From Eledone cirrhosa (Eukaryota), in NCBI GenBank assembly GCA_964016885.1, contig OZ024747.1, positions 9,734,001 to 9,798,000 on the forward strand: 64,000 bases of DNA, written 5' to 3'. How positions within the stretch are numbered: the first letter of the stretch is position 1; each line of letters opens with the position of its first letter. The notes beneath the pieces are model-generated. The model saw nothing but the letters and a program-made list of their open reading frames with translations. It did no database searches and had not been told where the DNA came from. Shown one piece after another: positions 12,191 to 25,940 of the stretch. Both the position numbers and the translations under genes were made by a program.

Positions 12191-12640
12191 ATATATATAT
12201 ATGTGTCCATTTTCCATGTTAACATGACTTAGAAAATGGATGTTAAATGGTAATGATAATTATTATACATTATATATATATATATAAATATAATTGTGCA
12301 AGTTTCATATGTCAAAGTGAAGTGCAGTCAATGTAATAGACATGATAAATATTTTACAATTAAAGAAACCTTGTGAAAGTAAGTTAGAATTAATTTGAAA
12401 GACACTCAAAACAAATCTCTCTGTTAGGACTGTCAAACCATCACTGAACTACTTGACTTGTTTGTCTTATGTAACTAACACTAACATGTTTTTACATAGA
12501 TTTAGTAATTGTCAAAAATATAGACGTGTGTGTATGTGTGAATTGTGTGTGTGTGTGAAAATCATTTAACATCCATTTTTCCTGCAAGTGTTAATGTCAT
12601 CATCATCATTTTATGTCTGGTTTTTCCACATTTGCATGGG

Positions 12641-12679
<39 letters not shown>

Positions 12680-12737
12680 GATGATGATATATATATATAA
12701 AATAACAAAATAAGATGCTGAGGTTACATATATCGTT

Positions 12738-12831
12738 TAATCATTATAATTATTTCCACGGTTCTCCATGCAATCAAGATGCCCTACATGCATTTGCTGT
12801 TGATTATGAGAACGGTATCCTCAGATGAATA
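12738..12831 (-). ncRNA. Type I hammerhead ribozyme with long helix II
   Basis: TATTCAT-CTGAGGA-TACcGTTCTC...GAGAACcGTG-GAA-ATAATTAT-A/ATGATTA. Perfect palindromic helix III, AUA triplet. Confidence 0.75.
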
Positions 12832-12998
12832 CCGATATGTTTGATATGTCGCTGGCAGAAATAAACACACGTCCTATTGTCTATGTGCCCAGCAGACATA
12901 TTTTGATATTTTATAAAATTCTCCATCGTAACTAAAAACTACGATTGTTGAGAGCTTTCTCCTGCTTACTCCTCTTTTTACCAAAACAACTTTTTCTG

Positions 12999-13032
<34 letters not shown>

Positions 13033-13088
13033 TAGATTTAACACTTCACTGCTCGCAAGTGTTTTTTAAGCTTCATATCATGTCTCCC

Positions 13089-13159
13089 TATTTTATCTGA
13101 TGAGAACGCAAATATCATCCCATGATGATATTTGTTTTTGAAATGCACATAATAAAATA
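13089..13159 (+). ncRNA. Type I hammerhead ribozyme with long helix II
   Basis: TATTTTAT-CTGATGA-GAACGCAAATATCATC-ccat-GATGATATTTGTTTTT-GAA-ATGCACAT-A/ATAAAATA. 8-bp perfect stem I and an 11-bp perfect helix II core. Confidence 0.8.
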
Positions 13160-13189
13160 CATGGAACTCTTTTAACTATCTTTTGATCT

Positions 13190-13233
<44 letters not shown>

Positions 13234-13829
13234 ACACATGTATGGATACACACGCACACATACATACACACTCAAACACACTTACATACACTCACATATA
13301 CATTCTTCTTCCTTCCTTGTTCTCACTCTTGGAACATGGCAACCTCTTTATTGTCTGCGCCACTCTAAAATGCACTCAATACACCCCGTAAAGTGGTTGA
13401 TATTTGATTTATTACAAGATACTGTACATGAGTGGTTTTATCAACGACCTGACACCCTCTATAGGTGCTGTGATAAAATACACCCAGTAAACTATTTAAA
13501 GGGATTGGTATTAGAAAGGACACCCAGCCATAGAGACCATTTAGAGTTGTAAGATATTACCTCCAGGTATGTCTAGCAGTATAGTATCTTCAAATATAGC
13601 ACTAACTTGAACTGTCACAACCCATGCCATATATATACACACACACATATATATCCTATATATATTCATATGTGGTTGGCAGCTGAGAGAAAGGAGTACT
13701 CAAAACGGAAGTAGAGCTTTAATATTCATTTATATCAAGTCTAAAGGAATGTGACGAGTGGAGAGATGCTGTGCTGAGAAGGATCCGTCCAACCCATGCA
13801 AGTATGGAAAAACGGATGTAAAAACAATA

Positions 13830-13960
13830 ATTGTTTCAACTTTTGGCACAAGGCCAGCAATTACCCAGTGCATTACTGGTACTTTATTTTATCGACCCCG
13901 TAAGGATGAAAGGGAAAGTTAATCTCGGCGGGATTTGAACTCAGATCGTAAAGGGCCATA
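13830..13960 (-). mobile_element. SINE family 1, 5'-truncated
   Basis: Reverse complement of the 2376-2558 body and tail. Confidence 0.8.
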
Positions 13961-14084
13961 ACAATAATGATGATTATATATATATCATCATCATCACTGT
14001 TTAATGTGAGCCAAGTCAGAGCAGATGACTGTGTCTTGTTCACACTGGACTGATTTTGGATTGGTTTCCTAATGCCAAGCACAT

Positions 14085-14695
14085 TTACATTGAGGACTGG
14101 GTACTTTTTGTTGTGACACCAAAACGACCACTTTACAGTGAGGACTGGGTACTTTTTGTCGTGACACCAAAACGACCACTTTACATTGAGGACTGGGTAC
14201 TTTTTGTCGTGTCACCAAAACGACCACTTTACAGTGAGGACTGGGTACTTTTTGTCGTGTCACCAAAACGACCACTTTACAGTGAGGACTGGGTACTTTT
14301 TGTCGTGACACCAAAACGACCACTTTACAGTGAGGACTGGGTACTTTTTGTCGTGTCACCAAAACGACCACTTTACAGTGAGGACTGGGTACTTTTTGTC
14401 GTGACACCAAAACGACCACTTTACAGTGAGGACTGGGTACTTTTTGTCGTGACACCAAAACGACCACTTTACAGTGTAGACAGGGTGCTATTTCTCATGA
14501 CACTAAAACAACCATTTGACAGTGCGGACTGGGTGCTTTTTGTCATGACACCAAAACAACCATTTTACAGTGTGGACATGGTGCTTTTTGTCATGACACC
14601 ATTTTACAGTGTGGACTGGGTGATTTTTGTTGTGACACCAAAACAACCATTTTACACTGAGGACTGATTTTTGTTGTGACATTAAAACGACCACT
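14085..14695. repeat. 48-bp minisatellite (about 12 units) related to the RTE 3' UTR / SINE tail
   Basis: Unit ACTTTACAGTGAGGACTGGGTACTTTTTGTCGTGACACCAAAACGACC resembles 9361-9420. Confidence 0.9.
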
Positions 14696-15034
14696 TATAT
14701 AATGTGTGTGACTGTAACACAATGTGTGTGTGTGTAATACACTGTGTGTGTGTATGTAACACAATGTATGTGTGAGTGTAATGCAATGTGTGTGTGTGTG
14801 AACGCAATGTGTGTGTGTGTGTAATACATAGATATGCAATACCAACATCCAACTAGTTTAGCTTCATATATTCCACCATATCTGTAGCTGAAATTCCACA
14901 GAGTTGGTACTTAACTGTTGTTGTTGCTCTAGATATTGATATTAGAGAAATGTCAACTGCTAACTGCACTGGTAGAGTTTAAAGTCTATATAACAATTAG
15001 AACACTCCTACTATAATTATCATATATGTGTATG

Positions 15035-15075
<41 letters not shown>

Positions 15076-15214
15076 TTATACACATATATATACATATATA
15101 CTGGTGAAAAAAAATATCCAAAGGATCATACTACTCAGTCTGTGGCACGTGTTGTGTCATACAATTAAATTCTACAATGATTGCATAATGTGTCATATCT
15201 GTCTGTGTGTGTGT

Positions 15215-15258
<44 letters not shown>

Positions 15259-15569
15259 ATGTGTGTATACACACACACACACACATACACTTTCGCTTTC
15301 TCTCTCTGGAAGAAGTCAGTTCCAGAGAAGGATGGGTTCTGCTAGTTTAAAGTGTCCATGGCTCCACTAGGAGTTACAGGTCAAATATATATATATACAC
15401 ACGCATCATATAATTCGATTCCTGGACTAGGTGATGCGTTATGTCCTTGAGCAAGACACTTTATTTCACATTGCTCCTTCTACCTGGAGTTGCGACCGAT
15501 AGATAGTACTAGCAATTGGAAAGACCAACGGAAACATTGTTTCCTCGGTCCGATTTGAAAAAGTCGATC

Positions 15570-15614
<45 letters not shown>

Positions 15615-15615
<1 letters not shown>

Positions 15616-15947
15616 GGAGGCACATGGCTTAGTGGTTAGAGCATTGGCCTTGCAATCGAAAGGTTGTGAGTTCAATTCTCAGACCGGGTGATGTGTTGTT
15701 TCCTTGAGCAAGACACTTTATTTCACATTGCTCCAGTTTACTCAGCTGCAGAAATGAGATGATAGGACTGGGGTCCCTATCATTCCACTGCAAAGTGGTC
15801 GTGGAGGTGCCACGGCAAAAAAGCACCCAGCACTCACTGTAAATGAGGTTGGTGTTAGGAAGGGCATCCAGCTGTAGAAATCAAGCCAGAATCAGTTCCC
15901 GTCCCACCCTTGCAAGCGGACATAAAATGAAATAATGATGATGATGA
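15615..15947 (+). mobile_element. tRNA-derived CORE-type SINE family 2 with RTE-derived tail
   Basis: A box TGGCTTAGTGG, B box GAGTTCAATTC, CORE-like ccttgagcaagacactttatttcacattgctccagt. The tail matches the reverse complement of LINE 9257-9421; (GAT)n end. Confidence 0.85.
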
Positions 15948-16384
15948 CATATAGTCCAAATAAATGAGATAATGAGATCGAGGTCGTGCAGATATCACGA
16001 CAAAAAAAACACACAGTCCATGCTGTAATGTGGCCGTGTAGGTAACACGGTAAAAAGTTCCCAGTTCCACACTGTAAATGTGGTTGGTGTTAGGAAGGGC
16101 ATCCAGCCGTAGAAAACCTGCCAGATAGTCCTCTATGAGCGAGACACGGTCACCCGACCAACCTTGCCTCAAGTGGGACAACTCCCGTCTAACCCATGCT
16201 AGCGTGGAAGATGGACGTTAAGCGAAGATGATGATATATAATAGATCCTCTGTCAGTTTGACAATGAGTATATTTGTACAATCAATTGATCTCCTTTCTC
16301 ATTTAATTTTAGTGTTAAGTGGTTGGCACCCATAAGGCAGATTTAGTGTTGTGACAAGGGTGGCCTTTGAATTACAAATACAAT

Positions 16385-16529
16385 CAGTGATGGACTTACC
16401 TATAGCTTAAATAAGCTATAGTTTAGGGTCACACACCCAGGGGTGGGGGCCTCATTTTAAAAAAAATATATTTATATTTTATCATTAGTTTTTATTCTTT
16501 AACACTAAGTCATCAAAAATTTTATATAA

Positions 16530-16563
<34 letters not shown>

Positions 16564-16783
16564 ATGTGTGGGTGTGTCCCTGGTTCAATCAGGGGTAACT
16601 ACAGTAAGGTACTCAATACATTAGTAGAGTGTAACCATCATGTTTGATATAGAAATAGCTTCTACAGGACTAGAACTGTTTCATTCGAAATAAATGACCC
16701 ACATTTTTTTTACCCAATTTTTTTTAGAGGGCGTCAAATATTTCATATAGCTTAGGGTCTCAGCAGGTGAAAGTCCGGCCCTA
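16385..16783. mobile_element. MITE-like non-autonomous DNA element with a nested family B fragment (16578-16690)
   Basis: Imperfect termini CAGTGATGGACTTACC / GGTGAAAGTCCGGCCCT. The left end recurs inverted at 34355-34436. Confidence 0.4.
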
Positions 16784-17322
16784 CATACAACAAACTACCA
16801 CAGTTTCTGTCATAAGGCTTGGGTCGACTTAAGATTGTGATGGCAAAAGAAACTCATACAAGAGGTCACGGGGAGGTGGGTATCAAAGTCCGACCCTTGT
16901 GGTTGTAAAGCAAACTTTTGGATCACTCAGATGTGCCTACGTCCAACACACACACGCGAATGTACAAACACACACACACAAATATATACAGACTCACACA
17001 CAATTTTGATGACTGTTAAGGTTGTCGTTTATCCTCAGTAGAACTACCATTGAAGTCATTCCAACCGTGACACTCCAGTCATTTTCTATAGGAGGATTAC
17101 ATTGTTTAATGTGTGTGCGTGTGTATGTGATTTAAGGTAATTTGACTGCTATTTCTAGGAGGTTGGGCGGGTCAACGTTTTATACCTTCTTCTTCCACTT
17201 ATTCCTGAGACGGTCGTGTAGGGGCAGGGATCTCAAATACTCCTCCCGGCGGGTCCTGTCAGAAGCAGCTACTCTCGTACCGTTTTCTACCTGTCAAAGG
17301 TAAACACGGTTTTATTTACCGG

Positions 17323-17545
<223 letters not shown>

Positions 17546-17853
17546 GTAAGTATATTTACTCAACCTTGGCACTAATTAATTACTGAGGGTTTGGTTGGTA
17601 GTAATTAGCAAGGGTTTTGTAGTCATCATACCATGTAACCGGTTGTCTGTTTATATATTTACCACTAACACAGCCACCCCACCTAACAACAACAATAACA
17701 ACAACAACAGTGTGGAAGACGTAAACTATTATATATATATGTATATATATATATATGTAGGAGGTGAGTTTTATTGTAGTACAATAAAGCAATGCAGATA
17801 TCGGTTAAGAAGCACTCTACAGTTTGTAGGACTGGAGTATACATGATATATCA

Positions 17854-17908
<55 letters not shown>

Positions 17909-17910
<2 letters not shown>

Positions 17911-18055
17911 CAAAGGAATTGTGGTAAGGAACCAGATGGACCATAACGCACCAGAGTACTCAATACTTAGGGTAGTAGAGTGGGAAAATAGGAAAACGTC
18001 CAGAAATAGCCGTCGAAACTGCTTGAGCTCTGCCGTAGGGGTCATACTTTTTCCT
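17909..18055 (-). mobile_element. Family A miniature element, internally deleted
   Basis: Same tail as 1331-1543. One arm of the palindrome is largely deleted; embedded in (TA)n. Confidence 0.8.
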
Positions 18056-18145
18056 ATATATATATATATATATATATAATATTATACTCTGCTCTGCGCG
18101 AGCATCAAGTGCTCAACCGGACTGTTTTACCTGCAACCCGACAAC

Positions 18146-18176
<31 letters not shown>

Positions 18177-18586
18177 ATATAATAGAGAGAGAGAGAGAGA
18201 GAGAAAACAGCGAGGTTTCACATTAAGGTCTGTAGTGGCTGAGATGGTCGCTTGGTAGCTAGCAGTTGCCTCCCCTGAAGGGTTGTTAAGGGCAACCCTT
18301 CAGGTCTTTATTTATTATCCACAGTTACAATCGTTTCACAGATGGGTGGCTCAGGATCTATATTAATGCTTCCCTAATGTTATAGACCCGACTCCGACCC
18401 GGTCTGCTCATCAGGCTTGTTAATCAAGCACAGCCAAAATCTTGTTGCCGAAGTATATATATATATGTATGTGTATATATATATATGTTTGTGTGGGTGT
18501 GTATATATAATACCATATTATATTATATATATTTTAAAGGATTGTAAATAAAACGAGTAAATCAGACAAAGTTGGAATTCCTCTTA

Positions 18587-18642
<56 letters not shown>

Positions 18643-19711
18643 CATTATTATCATTGTTTTTACATCCGTTTACCCATGTTCACACGGTTTATATATATGT
18701 GTGGGTATATACACATATATACATATACACACACGTACAGATACAACTCGGCTGTAAATATGTGCCACCACCGACACCAGCAGCAGCAACTGGAATTTAA
18801 CGTGAATGGAACCAGAAGTTCCAGCCTGATTTGTCTCTGTGACAGTCTTTACCCTCTTTCCACACAGTCTCTCCCCCCCCCCCCCTCTCTCTCTCTCTCC
18901 AAATTGCTGGCCTTGTGCCAAAAGTAGAAACAATTATTTTATTTTAAATTATTTAATAATAATTATTATTATTTAATAATAATAATTATTATTATCTGAG
19001 GTTGATTTAACTACCCCCCCCCTCCTTCCCAGTGAGAAAAACACATCAAGCCTTGTGTCCCTCTTAGAAATCATTATTATTGTTGTTGTTGTTATTATTG
19101 TAGTTATTATTAGGGCAGTGGCCTGCATATAAACTGTAGAGTTAATTATCTTACATCGTTGTGGAGAATCAATGAAATAAGTACCAAACAAGTACTTACT
19201 TCCTTGGGACCTCAACTTCCGATGGAGTCAGCAGGACACTGTATTAGTGATAAGACACTTTCAGGAGAGCTGGACAGTAGAAGGTCTTCAGAGAAGAAAC
19301 CCTCACCTTCAAGCAAGTGTTTTGGCCCTTAACTTCTTACAGTGGGGCCTGGCCACATCTGGGTGCCCTTCTGTTGGTTTTAATCTTCTACAGTATTTTA
19401 AACCTGGCAAAGCTGATATTTTTCAAGGTCTGATCACAGCTGATTTCTTCCTGAGAAAGGAAGAAGAAATGACCCCAGAGCAGTTTTGCTCTCCTATCTG
19501 CCACCATTTTGCTCTTTGTTAAACAAAACTTTAAAACAATACATTGTGTTGTCACCTTGAAAATTGCAAGACACATAGGAAAGGAATATTTGTGATATAT
19601 TTTCTTAAAGTTATATTCGTATACAAATATCTGCTTATCACACACACATGTATATATATACATACATACACACATATATATATATATGTGAATATATATA
19701 CACCAGGATTT

Positions 19712-19771
19712 TTTCATTCTGATGAATAAAAGCAATTTTGGTTGCTTTCAAGAAACCACTGGTAAATGAAA
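19712..19771 (+). ncRNA. Type I hammerhead ribozyme
   Basis: TTTCATT-CTGATGA-ATA-AAAGCAAT-tttg-GTTGCTTT-CAA-GAA-ACCACTGGT-A/AATGAAA. 7-bp perfect stem I, GUA triplet, mismatched base of helix II. Confidence 0.75.
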
Positions 19772-19808
19772 TAATTATCTTATGTTGTTTATTACATAAC
19801 TATATATA

Positions 19809-19869
<61 letters not shown>

Positions 19870-20070
19870 AAAAATTGAACGGGAACAAAACAGAGAGGCA
19901 GTACGAACAAAGGTTTATTAGTTTCACGCTCTTGAGAGTGGGGTGGTAGTTAAATCAACCTCATATATATATATGAAATGTCAACATGAAAGGACCTGTT
20001 ATTTTTATCTAAAGACATTTTTTTCCAATTCCATCCCGCCCGTCCCTTCAATCTATCTTATGTCATTCTT

Positions 20071-20106
20071 TCTTCTGATGAAGGACTAGTGTCCAAAACG
20101 TTAAGA
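20071..20106 (+). ncRNA. Decayed minimal hammerhead
   Basis: TCTT-CTGATGA-A-GGAC-tagt-GTCC-AAAACGTT-AAGA (G12A). Confidence 0.55.
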
Positions 20107-20827
20107 CCCTCTTCCTGCTATATCAAGCGTTAACCTAATATATTTCTTCTGTATACTGTACCGATTGTGTTGTTAATTCTGTTTACCTTTTAAATCATCA
20201 TCATCGTTTAACGTCCATATTCCACGCTTGCATGGGTTTGGATGGTATATATATATATATATATATATTAGGATAGATTCAGTTTGAAACTGGTTAAACC
20301 ATTACTCAACAGAGTACTCAATACTTGGGATAGTAGAATATGGAACTAGCTGTTGAAACAACAAGAGCTCAGCCGTTGGGGTCCCAACTCTTTATGATAA
20401 ATATATATATATGTATGTACATATATATTTGGGTGGATTCATGATGGGTATCAAGAAGTAACCATAGTTAAAAAAAAGGTACTCAATACATTGGTAGAGT
20501 ATAGGCATCTTTAGTTTATATATTGTAAAGAGAGGCCAAAATGGGGTTCCTCTGAAGGGTCTTTGAAGTAATGTTACTTGATAGAGTGCGTAACTCGGAG
20601 ATGAGAGAGTCACTCCAGGTAGAGCCATTACTTCTCCGAATTAGGAGATTGCAGCTTCAATACTATGACATGTGGTTTTATACATCATCAGTCATGTGTT
20701 TATTATGTTTATGGTTATGTGTATATTATTTGTGTGTATATTGGTTGTGTGTATATTTTAGCACTGTATTATGAGTAAGGCTGTTATAATTTTTAAAGAA
20801 ATGCCGTTTCCTTTTTGTTTCTTTCAG

Positions 20828-20971
20828 CTTTCCCAGTTCCTCGAGAAACACCTAATCAAGACCAAAACTCAACTGAAGGAACTTTTGGTAAAAATAAAGG
20901 ATCAGAAGACAGGGACCAACCGCCCATCCCACCTAGATCAATGAGCAAGAAAGAATTTGAAAAGAAATCTG
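20828..20971 (+). CDS. RUSC2: RUSC1/2-like RUN and SH3 domain protein, coding exon (first visible)
   Basis: ttttctttcAG acceptor and GTAAG donor, phase 1-1. Encodes ...DQPPIPPRSMSKKEFEKKS, leading into the RUN domain. Confidence 0.7.
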
Positions 20972-21567
20972 GTAAGATATAGTTTAAAATCATATTGGTT
21001 TTGTTTTATCAATCTTGCCTGGAGAGGGTGAGATGTTCTGAAATCTAACTTCATCACAACATGGCTGAATCATCAAATTTGGTCAACCACTGTGGATTAG
21101 TCAAGTTTATTCTAGTACTGTCAGTTGGTCAGATTTGGTCAAGTTCTCGTGGTAGTTTGACTTTGACCTAGCACTGTCAGCTGATCAATTTTGAGCTGGT
21201 ATTGTTGTTTGTTCAAGTTTGATCTAGGACCATCAGTTGGTCAACTTTGGTCTAGTACTGTCAGTTGGTCTAGCACTGTTAGCTGGTTAATATTGGTTTG
21301 ACAATATCAGCTAGTAAACTTTAGCCTGATACCATTAGTGTAGATGCAGGCAGGGCTGAGTGGAAAAAGAATTTTATTTCACAATCAGGAGGTCTGAGAT
21401 TCAATCCCACTGCATGGAATCTTAGACAAGTATTTTATTTACCAGAGCTTCTGTGTGACCCAAACATTGTCAGTGAAACTGGGTTGACAGTTACTTTAAG
21501 GAAACCTGTCAAATGAACTGTGATTATAGTAGAAATCATTATTATTATTATCATTATTATATTTCAG

Positions 21568-21644
21568 CCATGCTAGCAGAAGTTTCAAAAGCAGCAGAAG
21601 CTTTGGTTGATCATTTTTCCAAGAGCAAAGATCCATTTGATAAG
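21568..21644 (+). CDS. RUSC2: RUSC-like exon (start of RUN region)
   Basis: AMLAEVSKAAEALVDHFSKSKDPFDK aligns by recall to the RUSC1/2 segment LLIAVSASVDKIISHFGAARNLVQK. AG/GT ends, phase 1-0. Confidence 0.85.
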
Positions 21645-21663
21645 GTTAGTACACAATATTATT

Positions 21664-21850
21664 GGATTGGCAGTATCGGTAGAGGGTCGGACGCCATGCT
21701 TTGCAGCAAAGAGTTACGGCCCTTTATGGTCTGAGTTCAAATCCCGCCGAGGTTAACTTTGCCTTTCATCCTTACGGGGTCGATAAAATAAAGTACCAGT
21801 AATACACTGGGATAATTGCTGGCCTTGTGCCTAAAAGTAGAAACAATTAT
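21664..21850 (+). mobile_element. SINE family 1
   Basis: Near-identical to 2376-2558. Confidence 0.85.
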
Positions 21851-22244
21851 TGGTCTATATTTTAGTTTCATCATTGTTATTATAATGGGCAACATACAGA
21901 ATACAATAGAGCACGTAGATGTATGTGTGTGTTGTATATATATATATATATATATATATGCATGTATGGTCCCGTAACTCCTGGTGGAGTCATTGGAGTG
22001 CCACATTGACATATGACATTTTTAGGACATTTTAAAACCCGGTGGAGCCCATCTCCTCTCCAGGTCTGAATACAGCAGATTTCTTCCAAAGAAGGACAGA
22101 GTGAGAGAATGGAAGTGAGAAAGAGATATAGAGGAAGAATCGACCCCAGTAGTAGACTGGTACTTTTTTTATCAACCTTGAATGGACAAAGGACAAAGTT
22201 GACCGTGGCAGGATTTGAACTGAGAGAGCCGAAATGAATACTGC

Positions 22245-22361
22245 TATGTGTTACCAATGGTTTCAGGGTCCACATGCCTGAATGAAGGGCCAACTTAAAA
22301 ATACCTCCTCCGTTATACAGTGGTGGTCATGACAGCACCCTGAAACCATTGGTAGCACATA
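22245..22361. mobile_element. Fold-back element made of two inverted HHR 3' halves
   Basis: 25-bp arms. The right arm reads ACCCT-GAA-ACCATTGGT-A/GCACATA. Confidence 0.55.
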
Positions 22362-22573
22362 TATGTTAAGTGTATGAAACTTTGTTGACACTAAATAAGC
22401 TCTCTTCTAATAGATTGAGCACTGTTTTCCTTGATCTTTCATCTACGGATTTCTACCAATGTGTGTGTGTATATATGTGTGTGTGTTAGAGCACTCTTTT
22501 TTCCTTTGGAATTACCTATGTATAGAACAGAGCTATTTAATTAGAAAGTGAACAACACAAAATATAACTGCTC

Positions 22574-22623
<50 letters not shown>

Positions 22624-22817
22624 TACATATAGCATGTAAAATGAGTTGGTAACTTCATAGTAATAACAACATATGAAAACAGTCACGTACATTGAAGAGT
22701 TTAACTGATAAAGTTGATAAAGACACTAGATAAAGATTTTATAAATTTGAGGTCCAAATTACAAAACTGATACAACATTATGCCCAGTCCATGGCAGTGA
22801 GACTTAAACAACAAACT

Positions 22818-23000
22818 AATTGGCAGTATCAGTAGAGGGTTGGACTCCATGCTTTCTAGCATAGTTACGTCCCTTTACGGTTTGAGTTCAAATCCTGTTG
22901 AGGTTAACTTTGCCTTTCATCCTTACGGGGTCGATAAAATAAAGTACCAGTAGTGTACTGGGTAATTGCTGGCCTTGTGCCAAAAGTAGAAACAATTATT
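22818..23000 (+). mobile_element. SINE family 1
   Basis: Near-identical to 6764-6957. Confidence 0.85.
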
Positions 23001-23477
23001 TGTAATATCATAGTTTGATCTGGAGCAAAGAGCTGTGCCCATGGCTTTTATAGGTCCTCTGAAAGTGGTGTGGTTTATGCCATTAATTTTGTATAAACTG
23101 AACAACTACAGGAGAAACCTGTGTAAGGAGGGAGTTCCTGAGAGATGAAGCTCTGGGAAGAAAGGGCTGAGTTAAGGGTTAGTGTGGGGTTTGGGAAAGT
23201 TAGGAGACTATGGGTAATGAAAGGAAGAAAGAAGAATCAGTGGATTGTGTTGGAAGAGTCCATACCACATACCTAGCCAGGGGGAGTTGCAGGGATATTT
23301 GACTGCCATTTCTAGCACATTGAGCTAAACAACAAACTAGGTTCATGTGAGGGAGATGTCACTTCTATTTCTAGCACAGTGAGCTAAACAACAAACTAGG
23401 TTCATGTCTTGTAATACCAGTCTAATGTAACAAATTACTGAGAAACTCTAGTTATCATTCACTTCATGATTTTTCAG

Positions 23478-23655
23478 CTTCGTCTTGGCAGTTCTGTAGA
23501 AACTCCTGAAATTGGAGAATTGGTGCTATCCCGACTGTGCCCTGCTGTAGCTCAAGTGATCAATAATGGTCTGAAATCTTATGAATCTGGTCTCCACGTG
23601 TTTGGTAGAGTCCATATTACAGTGTGGAGAGTGGCAGAAGCCTCAGCCGAACCAG
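23478..23655 (+). CDS. RUSC2: RUSC-like exon (RUN domain)
   Basis: LRLGSSVETPEIGELVLSRLCPAVAQVINNGLK...VWRVAEASAEP contains the RUN-domain LCPA...GLK...W motif. Phase 0-1. Confidence 0.9.
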
Positions 23656-24458
23656 GTAATTACATACCCACATCAACTCTGTCTTTTGTTCTTCCTTTGT
23701 TCTTCCTTTGGTGTGTGTGTGTTTGTGTAAGTATGCTTTTCTATCCAAATCAACCCTTTCTTTCTTTGGTGTGTCTGTGTGTTTGTATATATGGGGTTTG
23801 ACAGCCAACCCATGCTAGCAGGGAAAGCAAACTTTAAAATGACGATGATGATGATGGTACATATATAAACAAATGTAGTATTGGTAAATTAATATTTATT
23901 TTATATACATCACTATACAGTTATGTCTGTGTGGGTGTATATATAGATATATATATTCAGAAGATCCTGTTAAGGGTGAAAGCGGCAATTCTTTGCTTAA
24001 ACTTTAATCTGTTATTTTAATAAATATTTGCTCTAGGGTTCTTATATATTTGATATATATTTATCCTTATCGAGCCCTCTTTGGATGTTAGTCTTTACAT
24101 TTATTGTTATTACTATATATATTACTGCTAAAGTAATGGTGTCTATCTATGCCAACATATTGTATGATAATCTGCAACTGTCTTTGATTTAGTTAATTTT
24201 CATTTAGAATTAGTCAAATTTGTTTCACTTTTCATCAAATGTTTCAAGTGTGTTATAAGCTAGTGTTGTAATTCTACCACACTTACTGCACCACAATTAT
24301 GGCTTGATGCCAGTAGCTGAATAAATGGTGTTTTTTTTAACCATGACTCAAGTTATTGGCTATCAGAAGTGAGTTAAATCTATTTTTTTCACATGTGGGT
24401 GTGTCAGTAATTTTACACCTATCTGAATAGATAAAGTTTATTTCATGAAATCTAAGTT

Positions 24459-24847
<389 letters not shown>

Positions 24848-25178
24848 TGGAGGCACATGGCTTAGTGGTTAGAGCATTGGCCTTGCAATCGAAAGGTTGT
24901 GAGTTCAATTCTCAGACCGGGTGATGTGTTGTTTCCTTGAGCAAGACACTTTATTTCATATTGCTCCAGTTTACTTAGCTGTAGAAATGATAGGGACCCC
25001 AGTCTCTATCATTCCACTGCAAAGTGGTCGTGGAGGTGCCATGGCAAAAAAGCACCCAGCACTCACTGTAAATGAGGTTGGTGTTAGGAAGGGCATCCAG
25101 CTGTAGAAATCAAGCCAGAATCAGTTCCCATCCCACCCTTGCAAGCAGGGAAAAGTGGACGTAAAATGATGATGATGA
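24848..25178 (+). mobile_element. CORE-type SINE family 2
   Basis: Near-identical to 15615-15947. Confidence 0.85.
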
Positions 25179-25940
25179 TATATGTGTGTATGTAGAGAGA
25201 GTAAAAGGTGTTAATAAATTTAACAAATTACAAAATTACTACCAGCATGTACATCCCAGCATTTGTATGGAGATTTTAATGAGACTCCATATCTCCACTG
25301 GAAAAGGAGGCCAAGCTACCAATAGGTATTTTCTAGAAAAACCTGTTTAGGGATTTTATTCTCATGAAAGTTTGCCAAATGAGAAGGATAAGTTGGCAAT
25401 GCAGTATTGTTAAACAACAGAGTAAAATCTAAAAAGAATCTAAAAATGTGTAATTGTATAAAGTAGGTGTTTCATGCTGAAATATCACCAGTATGGAAAC
25501 AGAGCCAGAGTATGTCGGATGGAATGCTTTGCAGTATTTGTTTTGGCTCGCTGCACTCTCAGTTTTGCCTTTCATCCATTTGAGGTTGATACTAGTTTGA
25601 TACTGGGGTCGATTCTTCCTCCCTCTCTCTCTCTCTCTCCTTCCTTTGGAAGGAATTGGCCTGTTTTCAAACCTGGAGAGTGAGGGGCACTGCCAGATTT
25701 AAATAGCCCATGACAATGCTTGTATGACCCCATCAAGAGTTACAGATTCATAAATACAAATATATAATAGGATAGCTGTGGTACCTGGGTGACCCCATCA
25801 GAAGTTACATGTCCATATATACATATATAATAGGAAAGCTGTGTGTCAAAGAGTGAATAATCCATTGTGTATTTTTCAGGAATACATAAACTGGAATTTA
25901 AATTGTACATATTACTAATAATATTTGTTTCTTCTTTCAG

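Noticed and set aside
14085-14695. CRISPR-like regular array
   Set aside because: The units are contiguous with no unique spacers, and the context is eukaryotic.
15615-15690. tRNA gene
   Set aside because: A and B boxes are present, but the sequence continues into CORE and LINE-tail segments, so it is a SINE head; the same holds at 24848.
18370-18420. CTGATGAGCAGACC on the minus strand
   Set aside because: No GAAA; it resembles the ctgactgagcagac repeat fragment at about 5705.
19222-19522. Possible upstream RUSC coding exon
   Set aside because: No convincing splice sites or homology; probably decayed repeat.
23955-23992. CAGAAGA-hairpin-GAAA motif
   Set aside because: Two core mismatches and only a 3-bp stem I; too decayed to support.
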